DNA from: Candidatus Krumholzibacteriia bacterium
Lineage (GTDB): Bacteria > Krumholzibacteriota > Krumholzibacteriia > Krumholzibacteriales > Krumholzibacteriaceae
DNA length: 64,000 nt
Direction of reading: 5' to 3'
Assembly (NCBI GenBank): GCA_963770685.1
Contig: CAVYQN010000002.1
Location: 64,020 to 128,019, forward strand
Part shown: positions 38,648-48,751 of the stretch, piece after piece
Layout of the letters: each line of letters begins with the position of its first letter
Numbering within the stretch: position 1 is the stretch's first letter
Translations under genes and position numbers: made by a program
The notes under the pieces: generated by a model
What the model saw: only the letters and a program-made list of their open reading frames with translations
Told to the model about the DNA's origin: nothing
Databases searched by the model: none

Positions 38648-39527
38648 ATGATGGAATACGATATGCCGCTTTACAGGCCCCCCAGCGAAGCCGATTCGCT
38701 TATTCTCCAGGCGACGATCGGGTGTTCGCACAACCGGTGCCGCTTTTGTTACATGTATAAGGACAAATCGTTCAGGGCGCGCCCATGGGCGTCGCTCAAG
38801 GCGGATATAGACGAGGTTTCCGCCGCGCGACGCCGGCGATTCGCCGCGTCTTTCTCGCCGACGGGGACGCGTTCAGCCTTTCCACCGCGAGGCTCGAGGA
38901 GATACTCGACTACCTGGGCCGCCGGTTTCCCGATCTTCAGCGCGTCGGCGCGTACGCCAACCCTTCGAGCCTGCTGGCGAAGAGCGTTCCCGAGATGGAA
39001 AGGTTGAAGAGGGATGAAGCTTTCCATCCTCTATTACGGAGTCGAGACGGGGGATCCGGCCCTCCTTGAAAGGATAGACAAGGGGGCCTGCTCCGGACGA
39101 GATGGCCGAAGGGTGCGCCAGGGCCTCCGAGGCGGGGATCAAGCTGTCGGTGACAGTGATCCTGGGGCTCGGGGGGAGGAGGGGAAGCCTCGACCACGCG
39201 GTGAAAACGGCCGGACTCGTCAGCAGGATCTCCCCCCGCTACCTTTCCGCCCTGACCCTGATGCTGGGGCCGTATGCCGGGCCCTACGCGGAGGCCATGG
39301 GGCCGGGGTTCGAATTCAACGGCGCGATCGACGACGTGAAGGAGCTGCGAACGATGGTGGAGCATCTCGATCTCGACCGGTGCATATTCCGAAGCAACCA
39401 CGCCTCCAATCATCTTGCCCTGGCGGGGACCCTTTCCAGGGACAGGCAGGCTCTTCTGGGCACGATCGACCTCGCCCTCGAAAGGCCGCGGGATTATTTC
39501 AGGGATGAATGGATGAGGGGGCTTTAG
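38648..39527 (+). CDS. Radical SAM protein (about 290 aa, function unknown); 3 frame breaks
   Basis: MMEYDMPLYRPPSEADSLILQATIGCSHNRCRFCYMY (CxxxCxxC). Continues in track ORFs 38785..39069, 39014..39508 (MKLSILYYGVETGDPALLERIDKG) and 39102..39527. Confidence 0.7.
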
Positions 39528-39571
39528 GGGGGAAGCGCCGCGATGAGCCGGGCCGGAGGCCGCGGCGGCAC

Positions 39572-40536
39572 TCATCTCGACGAGACGATCTTCCTCAACC
39601 AGGAATCCGAGAGATAGGTGTCGTAGGCGACCCTCACCCCGCCCCAGCGTTCCTTGTAATCTATCAGGCTGTGCGCGTACGGCGGCGAGGCCCCGAGGTT
39701 TATGGTCGTGATTCCCTCTTCGATACCCTTCCTGATCGCCTCGGAGAGCAGGACGTGGTTCGGTTTGAGGTTCCTGTACTCGTAATTCGAGACGGTTTGC
39801 CAGTTGAAGAGGGTTTTGTTGTAGATGAACTTGATGCAGGAACCGATCATATCCCCCTCGTACATCAGGCAGTTCCAGCGCAGCATTCCCGTGCCGCCGA
39901 GATGCTTGAGGATGCTGGCGAAGAAATGCTTGCTGTAAAGCGGCCTGATCGAGCCGTGGCGTTTTTCGGTCATCTCGTAAAGCCTGTAGAAATCCCTGAG
40001 CTGATCCCTGGTTTCGACGAGCATGATCTCGGTATTGGCCCGCTGTCCCGGCGCGGATGTGCCCGTTTATCTTCCTGTCGGGCGGGATGTGCACGCCGTT
40101 TCCGTTGATCTCGATGATATGCGTGAACGATTCGGTATGGCTGAGGAACGGTTCGCTCAGCCTCGAAAAATTCCTGTCGAAGTCGGTTATGGCGATGCGG
40201 GAGAAGCGGCCCCTTTTGAAGATACTTGACGAGGAAGACGTAGAATTCGTCGCGCTGCGATTCTTCGGTGCCCTCGGCCATCACCACTTCGCCGTAGGTT
40301 CCGTAGGGCATCGAATAGAAAGACTTGAAGCCGAATTTCTTCGTTATGACCGAAGGCATGCCGGCGACCAGCCTGCCTCCGTCGAATCCGCACAGGAATT
40401 CGGCGTGTGCGCCGGGGGAAAGCCCGTCGACACAGGTGTCGACCCACTGGTGGCTGTGGAAGAAGGAGCTGCTGGATGTAAGTCTTTCCCAGGCCTTGAC
40501 ATCCAGATTTTTACGGTCTATTATCCTGAATTCCAT
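39572..40536 (-). CDS. FemAB-like / GNAT (Acetyltransf_6-type) family protein; frame breaks at the C4 run 40210-40213 and the C3 run 40047-40049
   Basis: MEFRIIDRKNLDVKAWERL..FFHSHQW.. (track 39970..40584), a middle piece RFSRIAITDFDRNFSRLSEPF..HIPPDRKINGHIRAG, and a C-terminal piece in track 39572..40024 (LKPNHVLLSEAIRKGIEEGITTINLGAS). Confidence 0.55.
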
Positions 40537-40805
40537 TCCCTCTCCGGGCCGGGGTATGCCGGGCCGCAAACAATCTGAATCCAAGGCAGACGAAAGGTCC
40601 GGACGGTTCTCTTTTTATTTACATGCGAATCTAATATAGGCCGCGGGGGGTGTCAATGATTTCCATTTTTATACCATCCCGGCGCCTCCTTGAAAAGACT
40701 TGATTAGTTGCCGGACCTGTATTAACTTCATCCCGTTTCTTTATCGGAGCCGGCGCCTGTCGGCAGCCGGCGGCGGGGAACAACGGATAGCAGCGAAGGT
40801 GTCGA

Positions 40806-41387
40806 ATGCCGAAACTGATTCTGATCATTATCAGCGCGGTCCTCGTAAACAATTTCATCCTTCAGAGGTTTCTCGGGATTTGCCCTTTTCTCGGCGTGTC
40901 GAGAAGGGTTCCCACTGCGCTCGGAATGAGCGGAGCCGTTCTTTTCGTGATGACGATGACATCGGTCGTCACGTGGCCCGTCTACCATTTCGTCCTTGTC
41001 AGGTTCCACCTCGAATATCTTCAGACGATCGTCTTCATACTGGTCATCGCCTCCCTCGTTCAACTCGTGGAACTGGCTCTTCAGAAGTTGAGCCCCGCCC
41101 TTTACAAGGCCCTCGGGATATTTCTCCCCCTTATCACGACGAACTGCGCGGTGCTCGGCGTGGCCGTGCTGAATATCCAGAAAAAATACAGTTTCATCGA
41201 AAGCGTGGTTTTCGGCATGGGCGGCGCCCTGGGATTCGGCCTCGCCATGATTCTTTTCTCCGGGATCAGGGAGCGCCTCGATCTCGGCGACACGCCGCTG
41301 CCGCTCAGAGGGACGGCGATAGGCCTCGTGACCGCGGGGCTTCTTTCCCTGGCTTTTATGGGTTTCACGGGGCTCGTCAAGATCTAG
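40806..41387 (+). CDS. rnfA: Rnf electron transport complex subunit A
   Basis: Intact. LVNNFILQRFLGICPFLGVS, LGIFLPLITTNCAVLG. Confidence 0.92.
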   Translation: MPKLILIIISAVLVNNFILQRFLGICPFLGVSRRVPTALGMSGAVLFVMTMTSVVTWPVYHFVLVRFHLEYLQTIVFILVIASLVQLVELALQKLSPALYKALGIFLPLITTNCAVLGVAVLNIQKKYSFIESVVFGMGGALGFGLAMILFSGIRERLDLGDTPLPLRGTAIGLVTAGLLSLAFMGFTGLVKI

Positions 41388-41470
41388 GTGCCCGGGCGCT
41401 GGAGAAGCGGGAGACGCCGCGCTTTCACACTGACGGGCGGGCTCCGGGCGATGTGGAGGATAGAAGTATA

Positions 41471-42310
41471 ATGCTGACTGCTGTTGTCGCGCTTGCGGCG
41501 CTCGGCCTTGTCGCCGCCTTCGGGCTGGCGATGGCGGCGCGCCTCTTCGCCGTCGAGACCGATCCGCGGATCCAGCTCGTGGAGGAGGCCCTTCCGGGCG
41601 CCAACTGCGGCGCCTGCGGTTACCCGGGATGTTCCGGCCTGGCGAAGGCGATAGTGGAGGGCAGCGTCGAGATAGGCAACTGCCCCGCGGGCGGCGAAGA
41701 CGTGGCTCAGGCCATCGCGAAGATAATGGGAGTGAGTTACAGCGGCGGGGGCGAGAGGATGGTGGCCCTCGTTCTTTGCGGCGGGACCGACCAGGTGGCG
41801 CGGAAGAAGTTCATGTACAACGGCGTCCGTGACTGCGCCTCGGCGGCGATGATATTCGGCGGGGACAAGTATTGCAGGTACGGATGCCTCGGTCTCGGGA
41901 CGTGCGCCGGGATATGCCCGTTCGGCGCGATCAGGATGCTTCCGGGCGGGCTCGCAGAGGTCGACCCCGCGAAATGCACGGGATGCGGCAAATGCGTCGC
42001 CTCCTGCCCCAAGAAGATAATAAAGATGGTCCCCGCGAAGCGGACCGTGCACATACTCTGTTCCTCGCACGACAAGGGAGCGGCGGCGAGGAAGGCGTGC
42101 GGCAACGCCTGCATAGCCTGCGGCAAATGCGTCAAGGCCGCGCCACCCGGAGCGATAACGATCGATAATTTCCTGGCCGTCGTGAGCTACGACGCGGAAA
42201 TTCCCGAAGAAGTGGCGGGAGAATGCCCGATGAACACGATAGTCGTCAGAAAAGAGGCGTCCGGTTGCGAATCCTGCGCCGGGGCCGTTTCCGGGGGTGA
42301 TGCCGTATGA
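41471..42310 (+). CDS. rnfB: Rnf complex subunit B (polyferredoxin type)
   Basis: ATG 41471 within track ORF 40700..42310. N-terminal TM, LPGANCGACGYPGCSGLA, several CxxCxxCxxxCP motifs. Confidence 0.9.
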   Translation: MLTAVVALAALGLVAAFGLAMAARLFAVETDPRIQLVEEALPGANCGACGYPGCSGLAKAIVEGSVEIGNCPAGGEDVAQAIAKIMGVSYSGGGERMVALVLCGGTDQVARKKFMYNGVRDCASAAMIFGGDKYCRYGCLGLGTCAGICPFGAIRMLPGGLAEVDPAKCTGCGKCVASCPKKIIKMVPAKRTVHILCSSHDKGAAARKACGNACIACGKCVKAAPPGAITIDNFLAVVSYDAEIPEEVAGECPMNTIVVRKEASGCESCAGAVSGGDAV

Positions 42311-43632
42311 AGAAATGGCGTTTCTTCGGCGGGATCCATCCGGTGTACAGCAAGGAGATGGCCAGCGGCGAGGCGACGGTCGAAATGCCACTGCCGGGCG
42401 AGCTGGTGGTCTATATCTCGCAGAATCTCGGAGCTCCTTCAAAACCGATCGTGAAAAAGGGAGATACGGTTAAAAAAGGGCAGATGATCGCGGAGGCGGG
42501 TGGCTTCGTCTCCGCCCCCGTGCACGCCCCCACCTCCGGCGCGATAAAGGCCGTCGAGAAGAGGCCTTTCCCGCTCGGCGACGACATGGACGCGGTCGTC
42601 ATCGAGCCCGACGGGCTCGATGAATGGGAGGAGGGGCGCAACGTCGAACGCCCGATCGAAGGTCTCGACGCGGCGGCGATAAAGAAACTCATTCATGAAG
42701 GCGGGATCGTCGGGCTCGGAGGGGCGACCTTCCCGACTCACGTCAAACTCTCCCCGCCGGATGGCAAGAAGATAGACCTGCTCGTTATCAACGGAGCCGA
42801 ATGCGAGCCATTCCTCACCGCGGACCACAGGCTGATGCTGGAAAGGCCGCGGGATATCGTCGAGGGCGCCTCGCTGCTCGCCGCCGCGATCGGCGTCGAC
42901 AGGGTCGTGGTTGCCGTGGAAAAGAACAAGCCTGACGCCATAGCCGCGATGCGGGAGGCTGTGAAGGGGCGGGACGGGTACGTCGTCGCGGACATGGACG
43001 TGATATATCCGCAGGGAGCGGAAAAGCAGCTCATATACGCGGTATCCGGGAGAAAGGTCCCGGCCGGAGGGCTCCCGATGGATGTCGGGGTCCTGGTGCA
43101 GAATGTCGGCACCGCGGCGGCGGCCTTCGAGGCGGTCAGGTTCAACAGGCCGCTCATCGGAAGAATCGTGACCGTCACGGGAAGCGGCATCGCGAGGCCG
43201 GGGAACGTTCTCGCGAGGGTGGGGACGAAATTCGCCGATCTCGTGGAGTTCCGGGGCGGATGCAGCGAGGATACCGGGAAGATCATAAACGGCGGCCCGA
43301 TGATGGGTGTCGCGCAGCCGTCGCTCGAGGCCGCGATGATGAAGGGGACGAGCGGGCTCGTGCTGCTTCGCCGGGACGAGGCCGGGCAGTACGCCGGCGG
43401 CCCCTGCATAAGGTGCGGAAGGTGCGTGGAGGCTTGCCCGATGCGGCTCAACCCTTCGGCGATAAGCATATTCGCCGAGCGCCTGCGTTTTGAAGACGCC
43501 AACGAATTCAACGTCATGGACTGCATCGAGTGCGGCTGCTGCGCCTATGTCTGCCCGTCGCGCAGGCCGATGGTCCATCATTTCCGCAGGGCCAAGGCCG
43601 AGATAAGGAAGATGCCCAAAAAAACGGGGTGA
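42307..43632 (+). CDS. rnfC: Rnf complex subunit C (NADH-binding, 2x[4Fe-4S])
   Basis: Intact. GIVGLGGATFPTHVKL, CIRCGRCVEACP, CIECGCCAYVCP. Start overlaps the rnfB stop. Confidence 0.92.
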   Translation: MKKWRFFGGIHPVYSKEMASGEATVEMPLPGELVVYISQNLGAPSKPIVKKGDTVKKGQMIAEAGGFVSAPVHAPTSGAIKAVEKRPFPLGDDMDAVVIEPDGLDEWEEGRNVERPIEGLDAAAIKKLIHEGGIVGLGGATFPTHVKLSPPDGKKIDLLVINGAECEPFLTADHRLMLERPRDIVEGASLLAAAIGVDRVVVAVEKNKPDAIAAMREAVKGRDGYVVADMDVIYPQGAEKQLIYAVSGRKVPAGGLPMDVGVLVQNVGTAAAAFEAVRFNRPLIGRIVTVTGSGIARPGNVLARVGTKFADLVEFRGGCSEDTGKIINGGPMMGVAQPSLEAAMMKGTSGLVLLRRDEAGQYAGGPCIRCGRCVEACPMRLNPSAISIFAERLRFEDANEFNVMDCIECGCCAYVCPSRRPMVHHFRRAKAEIRKMPKKTG

Positions 43633-43647
43633 CAGGCCCCCGTTCGC

Positions 43648-44727
43648 GTGGAGGTTCTTTTGGAAGAGAGCATGGAAGGAAAAGGTCCCGGGGAAAAACG
43701 GGAGACCCCGCCGAAAAAGGCGGCCGAGAGCGAAAGGATCTTCCTCGTCAGCTCGTCGCCGCACCTGCACGACGGCCGGACGGTCGCCTCGGTCATGAAG
43801 CTCGTCCTCTGGGCGCTTCTGCCGGCGAGCCTTTTCTCGATATACGCGTTCGGATTCGACGCACTGAGGGTGATTCTGATCTCCATCGTGTCGGCTGCCG
43901 CGCTCGAGGCGGTGAGCCGGAAGGTGATGGGGAAAGAGGCGAGCGTGGGGGATTTCAGCGCCGTGCTGACAGGGCTTCTTCTCGCCCTGAACCTTCCTCC
44001 GACCGTTCCCTGGTGGATGATCGTGGTCGGGAACATATTCGCCATCGTGATCGCCAAGCAAATCTACGGAGGGCTGGGATACAACCCCTTCAACCCGGCG
44101 CTGGTCGGCAGGGTCGTCCTGCTCGTCTCCTTCCCGGTGCACATGACGGCGCGGTGGGTCACCGCGGCGCCCTGGGGAGTCGACGCGGTCACCACAGCCA
44201 CTCCGCTCGGGATGGCGAGGGACAGCCTCGCCAGGCTGGGGCACATCGAGATGCAGTTCGGCCGGGAGGAGATCGTGAACCTTCTCGTCGGCACGCGGGC
44301 CGGATGCATCGGCGAGGTCTCAGTCATACTCCTTCTCGCCGGAGGGCTTTTCCTCCTGTGGAAGAAGGTCATTTCCTGGCACGCGCCTGTCGCCTTCATC
44401 GGGACGGTCTGGGCCGTCACGGGGATATTCCACCTGGCCGATCCGTCCCGCTACGCCGATCCGGCTTTCCACGTGATAAGCGGGGGCCTCTTCCTCGGCG
44501 CGATATTCATGGCGACCGATTACGTCACCACGCCGATCACGAAGAGCGGCATGTTGATCTTCGGTTTCGGATGCGGGATGATCACGGTCATTATAAGGCT
44601 TTTCGGCGGATTTCCCGAGGGCGTCAGTTTCGCCATATTGCTGATGAACGCGGCGACGCCGCTCATAGACAAGATGACGAAGCCCGCGGTCTTCGGCAGG
44701 ATCGAGAAAAAGAAGGCGGCTGCATGA
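43648..44727 (+). CDS. rnfD: Rnf complex subunit D
   Basis: Intact. SSSPHLHDGRTV, FNPALVGRVVLL, ATDYVTTP (flavinylation region). An alternative ATG lies at 43672. Confidence 0.9.
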   Translation: MEVLLEESMEGKGPGEKRETPPKKAAESERIFLVSSSPHLHDGRTVASVMKLVLWALLPASLFSIYAFGFDALRVILISIVSAAALEAVSRKVMGKEASVGDFSAVLTGLLLALNLPPTVPWWMIVVGNIFAIVIAKQIYGGLGYNPFNPALVGRVVLLVSFPVHMTARWVTAAPWGVDAVTTATPLGMARDSLARLGHIEMQFGREEIVNLLVGTRAGCIGEVSVILLLAGGLFLLWKKVISWHAPVAFIGTVWAVTGIFHLADPSRYADPAFHVISGGLFLGAIFMATDYVTTPITKSGMLIFGFGCGMITVIIRLFGGFPEGVSFAILLMNAATPLIDKMTKPAVFGRIEKKKAAA

Positions 44728-44761
44728 AGCCTTTCGTCGTTTCGCGGAGGTGTTTTCAGGA

Positions 44762-45367
44762 ATGAAGGAGATATTCCGTCTCTGTCTCGTGCTCACCGTC
44801 CTTTGCGCCGTGTCGGCGGGGGTGCTCGCCTTCGTCAGCGGCAAGACCGCGGAGCCGATAGCGAAAGCCCTCCTGCAGGAAAAGCTCGAGGCGCTGCGAA
44901 CGGTTCTGCCCCCCTTCGACAACGATCCGTTCAACGACATGGTCAGGGTCGGGGCCGGCGGCGCGGACTCCGTGGAGGTCTACAGGGCGAAGATGGAGGG
45001 GAAGATAGTCGGAGCCGCGTTCGAGGTGGTCGCTCCCGACGGTTACGCCGGCGATATCAATTTCATGGTCGGAGTGAACGTGGACGGGGTGATACAGGGG
45101 ATAAAAATCCTGAAGTATTCCGAGACGCCGGGCCTCGGGTCGAAGATCGCGGGGGAAGACTTCACGAAACAGTACCTCGGCAGGAGCCTCGCCGATCCCG
45201 CGAACTGGGCCGTGACCAAGGACGGCGGCACCTTCGTCCCGATCACGGGGGCGACGATATCGTCGAGGGCGGTCACGAAGGCGGCCGCGCGGGGGCTCGG
45301 GATCTACGCGGCCGGCAGGGAGAGGATAACGGGCGCGGATGACGCCGAAGGCGAGGAGGATCGATGA
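44762..45367 (+). CDS. rnfG: Rnf complex subunit G (FMN-binding)
   Basis: Track ORF from GTG 44750; ATG 44762 is preferred. SETPGLGSKI and TGATISSRAV (FMN attachment motif). Confidence 0.88.
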   Translation: MKEIFRLCLVLTVLCAVSAGVLAFVSGKTAEPIAKALLQEKLEALRTVLPPFDNDPFNDMVRVGAGGADSVEVYRAKMEGKIVGAAFEVVAPDGYAGDINFMVGVNVDGVIQGIKILKYSETPGLGSKIAGEDFTKQYLGRSLADPANWAVTKDGGTFVPITGATISSRAVTKAAARGLGIYAAGRERITGADDAEGEEDR

Positions 45368-46059
45368 GAGCCTGGAAGGAATTGACGAAGGGTCTCTGGA
45401 ACGAGAACCCGACCTTCAGACTGGTCCTGGGATTGTGCCCGGTGCTCGCCGTCACGACATCCGTCGCGAACGGCATAGGCATGGGGCTCGCCACGACCTT
45501 CGTCCTGGTCTGTTCGAACATAGTCATCTCGTCCCTTCGAAACGCCATCCCCAAGAAGGTCCGAATCCCGGCTTTCATCGTCGCGATATCCACCTTCGTG
45601 ACGATCGTGGAACTCGTGATGAACGGTTACTTTCATCCTCTGTACAAGGCTCTCGGGCTTTTCATCCCGCTTATCGTCGTGAACTGCATCATCCTCGGCA
45701 GGGCGGAAGCCTTCGCTTCCAAGAATTCCATCGGCCTGTCGATGCTCGACGGCCTCGGTATGGGAGTCGGATTCACCCTCGCCCTGATGGTCGTCGGCGG
45801 GATAAGGGAGCTTCTGGGGAACGGAACGATACTTGGATTCGGGGTCTTCGGGCAGGGGTACAACCCTCTTCTTCTGATGGTGCTCCCGCCGGGCGCCTTC
45901 GTCCTGCTCGGGCTGCTTCTCGGCGTGATGAACAGGATCGAGATATCGATGGCCCTGAGGCAGGGGCGTGTTCCGTCCATACGAAAGGAACACGATTGCT
46001 CGTCATGCGTCATGCACCGGAAGTGGTTCGATTTCTCCTCCGGCAAGGAAGGCAACTGA
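45364..46059 (+). CDS. rnfE: Rnf complex subunit E
   Basis: Intact. NPTFRLVLGLCPVLAVTT, LGLFIPLIVVNCIILGRAEAF. Start overlaps the rnfG stop. Confidence 0.92.
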   Translation: MRAWKELTKGLWNENPTFRLVLGLCPVLAVTTSVANGIGMGLATTFVLVCSNIVISSLRNAIPKKVRIPAFIVAISTFVTIVELVMNGYFHPLYKALGLFIPLIVVNCIILGRAEAFASKNSIGLSMLDGLGMGVGFTLALMVVGGIRELLGNGTILGFGVFGQGYNPLLLMVLPPGAFVLLGLLLGVMNRIEISMALRQGRVPSIRKEHDCSSCVMHRKWFDFSSGKEGN

Positions 46060-46282
46060 GCCGCCGGCAATCCTTTCCGGCCTCCTGATCGGGTACGCGC
46101 AGTGGCGTCGACGCGCCTGTGAGGCAGTTGCGTTCGCGCAACGCCGAACCGAAGCCGCCGCCTGTCAAATCACATATCCCTCCTTGACGGGCCAGTTCCG
46201 GGTATATATTGTTGATTGCGTTTCGAACGGCATTATTTTTACGGGATATCGTAATTACGGAATTTATTGAACTGGAGGGAAG

Positions 46283-47167
46283 ATGAGCAAACCGGATGAA
46301 GACGGAAAGCTGCGATCGAGGCTCGAACTGATCAGGCACAAGGTGCTGGTCCTGTCCGGCAAGGGAGGGGTCGGCAAGAGCACGGTCGCGGTCAACCTCG
46401 CGGTGGCGCTCGCGGCCGCGGGGAAAAAGGTCGGGCTCCTCGACATAGACCTTCACGGCCCCAGCGTCCCCAAGATGCTCGGCATAGAAGGGATGCCTCT
46501 TCACGGCGGCGAGAAATCGATCAGGCCCTTCGTGGTCGGAGACAATCTGCTCGTCATGTCGATCGGGTTTCTTCTGCGCGGGAACGATGAGGCCGTGATC
46601 TGGCGCGGGCCGCTGAAGATGGGCGTAATCAAGCAATTCCTGGCGGACGTCGAGTGGGGGCCCCTCGACTACCTCGTCGTCGATTCTCCTCCGGGGACCG
46701 GAGACGAGCCCCTGTCGATCGTCCAGTTGATCCCCGAGGCCGACGGAGCGGTCATCGTGACGACCCCGCAGGACGTCGCCCTGCTCGACGTGCGAAGATG
46801 CATAACCTTCTGCCGCCAGTTGAAGCTGCCGGTCCTCGGGGTGGTGGAGAACATGAGCGGGTTTGCCTGCCCCCATTGCGGGAAGCCCGTCGATCTTTTC
46901 GGGAGCGGAGGCGGGGAGAAGATGGCCGCCGATATGGGCGTTCCGTTCATCGGACGGATACCCTTCGACCCCCGCATCGTGACGACGGCCGACGATGGCC
47001 GGCCTTTCGTCATCGCTCACCAGTCGACCGATGCCGGGAAGATGCTCTCAGAGCTGGCCGCCCCCATTCTGGCCCTGCCCGAGAAGGCGGCGCGGCCCCG
47101 AAGGTTCCGGAAAGGACGGAAGGCGTCCCGTTCAGGATCGGGATACCGGTCGACAAGGGAGCGATAA
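46283..47167 (+). CDS. apbC: Mrp/NBP35/ApbC-family Fe-S cluster carrier ATPase
   Basis: [12 protein letters not shown] (deviant Walker A), [16 protein letters not shown]. The last 25 or so residues of this frame are Arg-rich and probably off-frame (see next feature). Confidence 0.85.
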   Translation: MSKPDEDGKLRSRLELIRHKVLVLSGKGGVGKSTVAVNLAVALAAAGKKVGLLDIDLHGPSVPKMLGIEGMPLHGGEKSIRPFVVGDNLLVMSIGFLLRGNDEAVIWRGPLKMGVIKQFLADVEWGPLDYLVVDSPPGTGDEPLSIVQLIPEADGAVIVTTPQDVALLDVRRCITFCRQLKLPVLGVVENMSGFACPHCGKPVDLFGSGGGEKMAADMGVPFIGRIPFDPRIVTTADDGRPFVIAHQSTDAGKMLSELAAPILALPEKAARPRRFRKGRKASRSGSGYRSTRER

Positions 47168-47519
47168 GCGCTCACTTCGGCCACGCCGAGAAGTTCGTCA
47201 TATTCGATATCGACCGCAGAGAGCTGCGAGGTCGCCGGATCGACCGAGCTCGATCCTCCCGAGCACGGGGTCGGCGTGATACCGGAATGGCTCAAGTCGG
47301 AGGGGGTGACCCTGGTGATCGCCGGGGGGATCGGTCAGCAGGCCAGGGATCTTTTCTCGAGATCCGGCATAGAGGTCGATCTCGGGAGTGACTTTAACAG
47401 ATCCGGCCGAAGCGGTGCAGGCATGGCTCGATGGTGAAATCGCCGGAACGGACACGACATGCAATCACGATCACGGCAAAGGTTGCGGCCACGGCGGCGG
47501 TTGCGGAAAGGCGGAATGA
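47098..47519 (+). CDS. NifB/NifX-like cofactor-binding domain with His/Cys/Gly-rich tail; no start codon of its own, at least 2 frame breaks, possibly fused to Mrp
   Basis: [30 protein letters not shown].., then [44 protein letters not shown], then [43 protein letters not shown] (stop 47517-47519), spread over three frames. Confidence 0.55.
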
Positions 47520-48709
47520 CGATGGAAGACATCAGAAGCAGATCGAAGGAAACAAAGTGCGTGCACGGAAGCTTCATACCCGACGGGTCGGGAGCCGTGG
47601 TGACGCCGATATACCAGACCTCGACATTCAGTTTCCGCAACGTCGACCACGGCGCGTCGCTTTTCGCCGGGAAGCAGGACGGATACATTTACACCAGGCT
47701 CGGCAACCCGACCGTCAAGGGGGTCGAGCAGGCCGTCGCGGTCCTCGAAGGGGGCTTCGGCGGCATTGGGTGCGCCTCGGGGATGGCGGCCCTTCACCTG
47801 GCCTTCGCCTCGGTGGTCAAAACGGGCGAGCATGTCATATGCAGCGAGTCGGTCTACGGGCCCGTGGTCGGGCTTCTGAGGGAGCAGATGGGGAATTTCG
47901 GGATCGACGTGTCTTTCGTGGACACCCCCGACATAGGCGCGATTAAAAAGGTGCTCACCCCTAAGACGACCCTGATACACATCGAGACGCCGGCCAACCC
48001 GACGATGGCGGTTACCGATATTTCCGAGGCGGCGGCGATCGCGCACGCTCACGGAGCGAGGCTTTCCGTCGACAATACCTTCATGAGCCCGATCCTGCAG
48101 CGGCCCTTCGAGCACGGAGCCGACATCGTGATCCATTCGATGACGAAATTCCTCAACGGGCACGCCGACGTCGTGGCCGGGATGGTCGTCGCGAAGGACG
48201 AGCAGGATTACAGGCTTTTCAGGAAGATGTCGAACGCATTCGGCGGGACGATCGATCCCTTCAACTCGTTCCTCGTGGCGAGGGGGATCAAGACGCTGGC
48301 GCTGCGAATGGAGCGGCACGTCGCGAACGGGATGAAGGTGGCGAACTTCCTCGAAGGCCATCAGAAGGTGTCGAAGGTCATGTACCCCGGGCTCGAATCC
48401 CATCCGCAGTACGAGACGCACAGGAAACAGTCTGACGGGCCGGGAGGGCTTATCAGCTTCGAGCTCAAGGGAGGCGTCGAGGCGGGAAAGGTGCTCATGA
48501 ACTCCGTTCACATGTGCGCCCTGGCCGTGAGCCTCGGAGGGGTCGAGACGCTGATCCAGCACCCCGCTTCGATGACGCACGCGAGCATGGACCCCGCCCT
48601 GAGGAAACAGGCCGGCATCACCGACGGGCTGGTCAGGATATCGGTCGGGATCGAGGACGCGCGGGAGATCATCGCCGATCTCGAGCAGGGTCTCGCGAAG
48701 GTGAAGTGA
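47516..48709 (+). CDS. PLP-dependent Cys/Met-metabolism enzyme, methionine gamma-lyase / cystathionine gamma-synthase family
   Basis: ATG 47516 overlaps the upstream stop. YTRLGNPT, SMTKFLNGHAD (PLP lysine), RISVGIED. Confidence 0.85.
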   Translation: MTMEDIRSRSKETKCVHGSFIPDGSGAVVTPIYQTSTFSFRNVDHGASLFAGKQDGYIYTRLGNPTVKGVEQAVAVLEGGFGGIGCASGMAALHLAFASVVKTGEHVICSESVYGPVVGLLREQMGNFGIDVSFVDTPDIGAIKKVLTPKTTLIHIETPANPTMAVTDISEAAAIAHAHGARLSVDNTFMSPILQRPFEHGADIVIHSMTKFLNGHADVVAGMVVAKDEQDYRLFRKMSNAFGGTIDPFNSFLVARGIKTLALRMERHVANGMKVANFLEGHQKVSKVMYPGLESHPQYETHRKQSDGPGGLISFELKGGVEAGKVLMNSVHMCALAVSLGGVETLIQHPASMTHASMDPALRKQAGITDGLVRISVGIEDAREIIADLEQGLAKVK

Positions 48710-48751
48710 AAGATCAAGCGGCTCCTGATCACGGGCGCCGGTGGAGGTGCG

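Noticed and set aside
42439-44244. 601-aa minus-strand ORF
   Set aside because: Antisense to intact rnfC/rnfD. Arg/Pro/His-rich junk.
45955-46059. Cys/His-containing C-terminal tail of RnfE (HDCSSCVMHRKWF) as an unusual extension
   Set aside because: The overall length (231 aa) is normal for RnfE/RsxE. Without an alignment I cannot claim that the tail is atypical.
46184-46212. Sigma70-like promoter upstream of mrp (TTGACG ... TATATT/TATTGT)
   Set aside because: Spacing is 15 nt to the better -10 hexamer and 17 nt only to a poor one, so it is too ambiguous to call.
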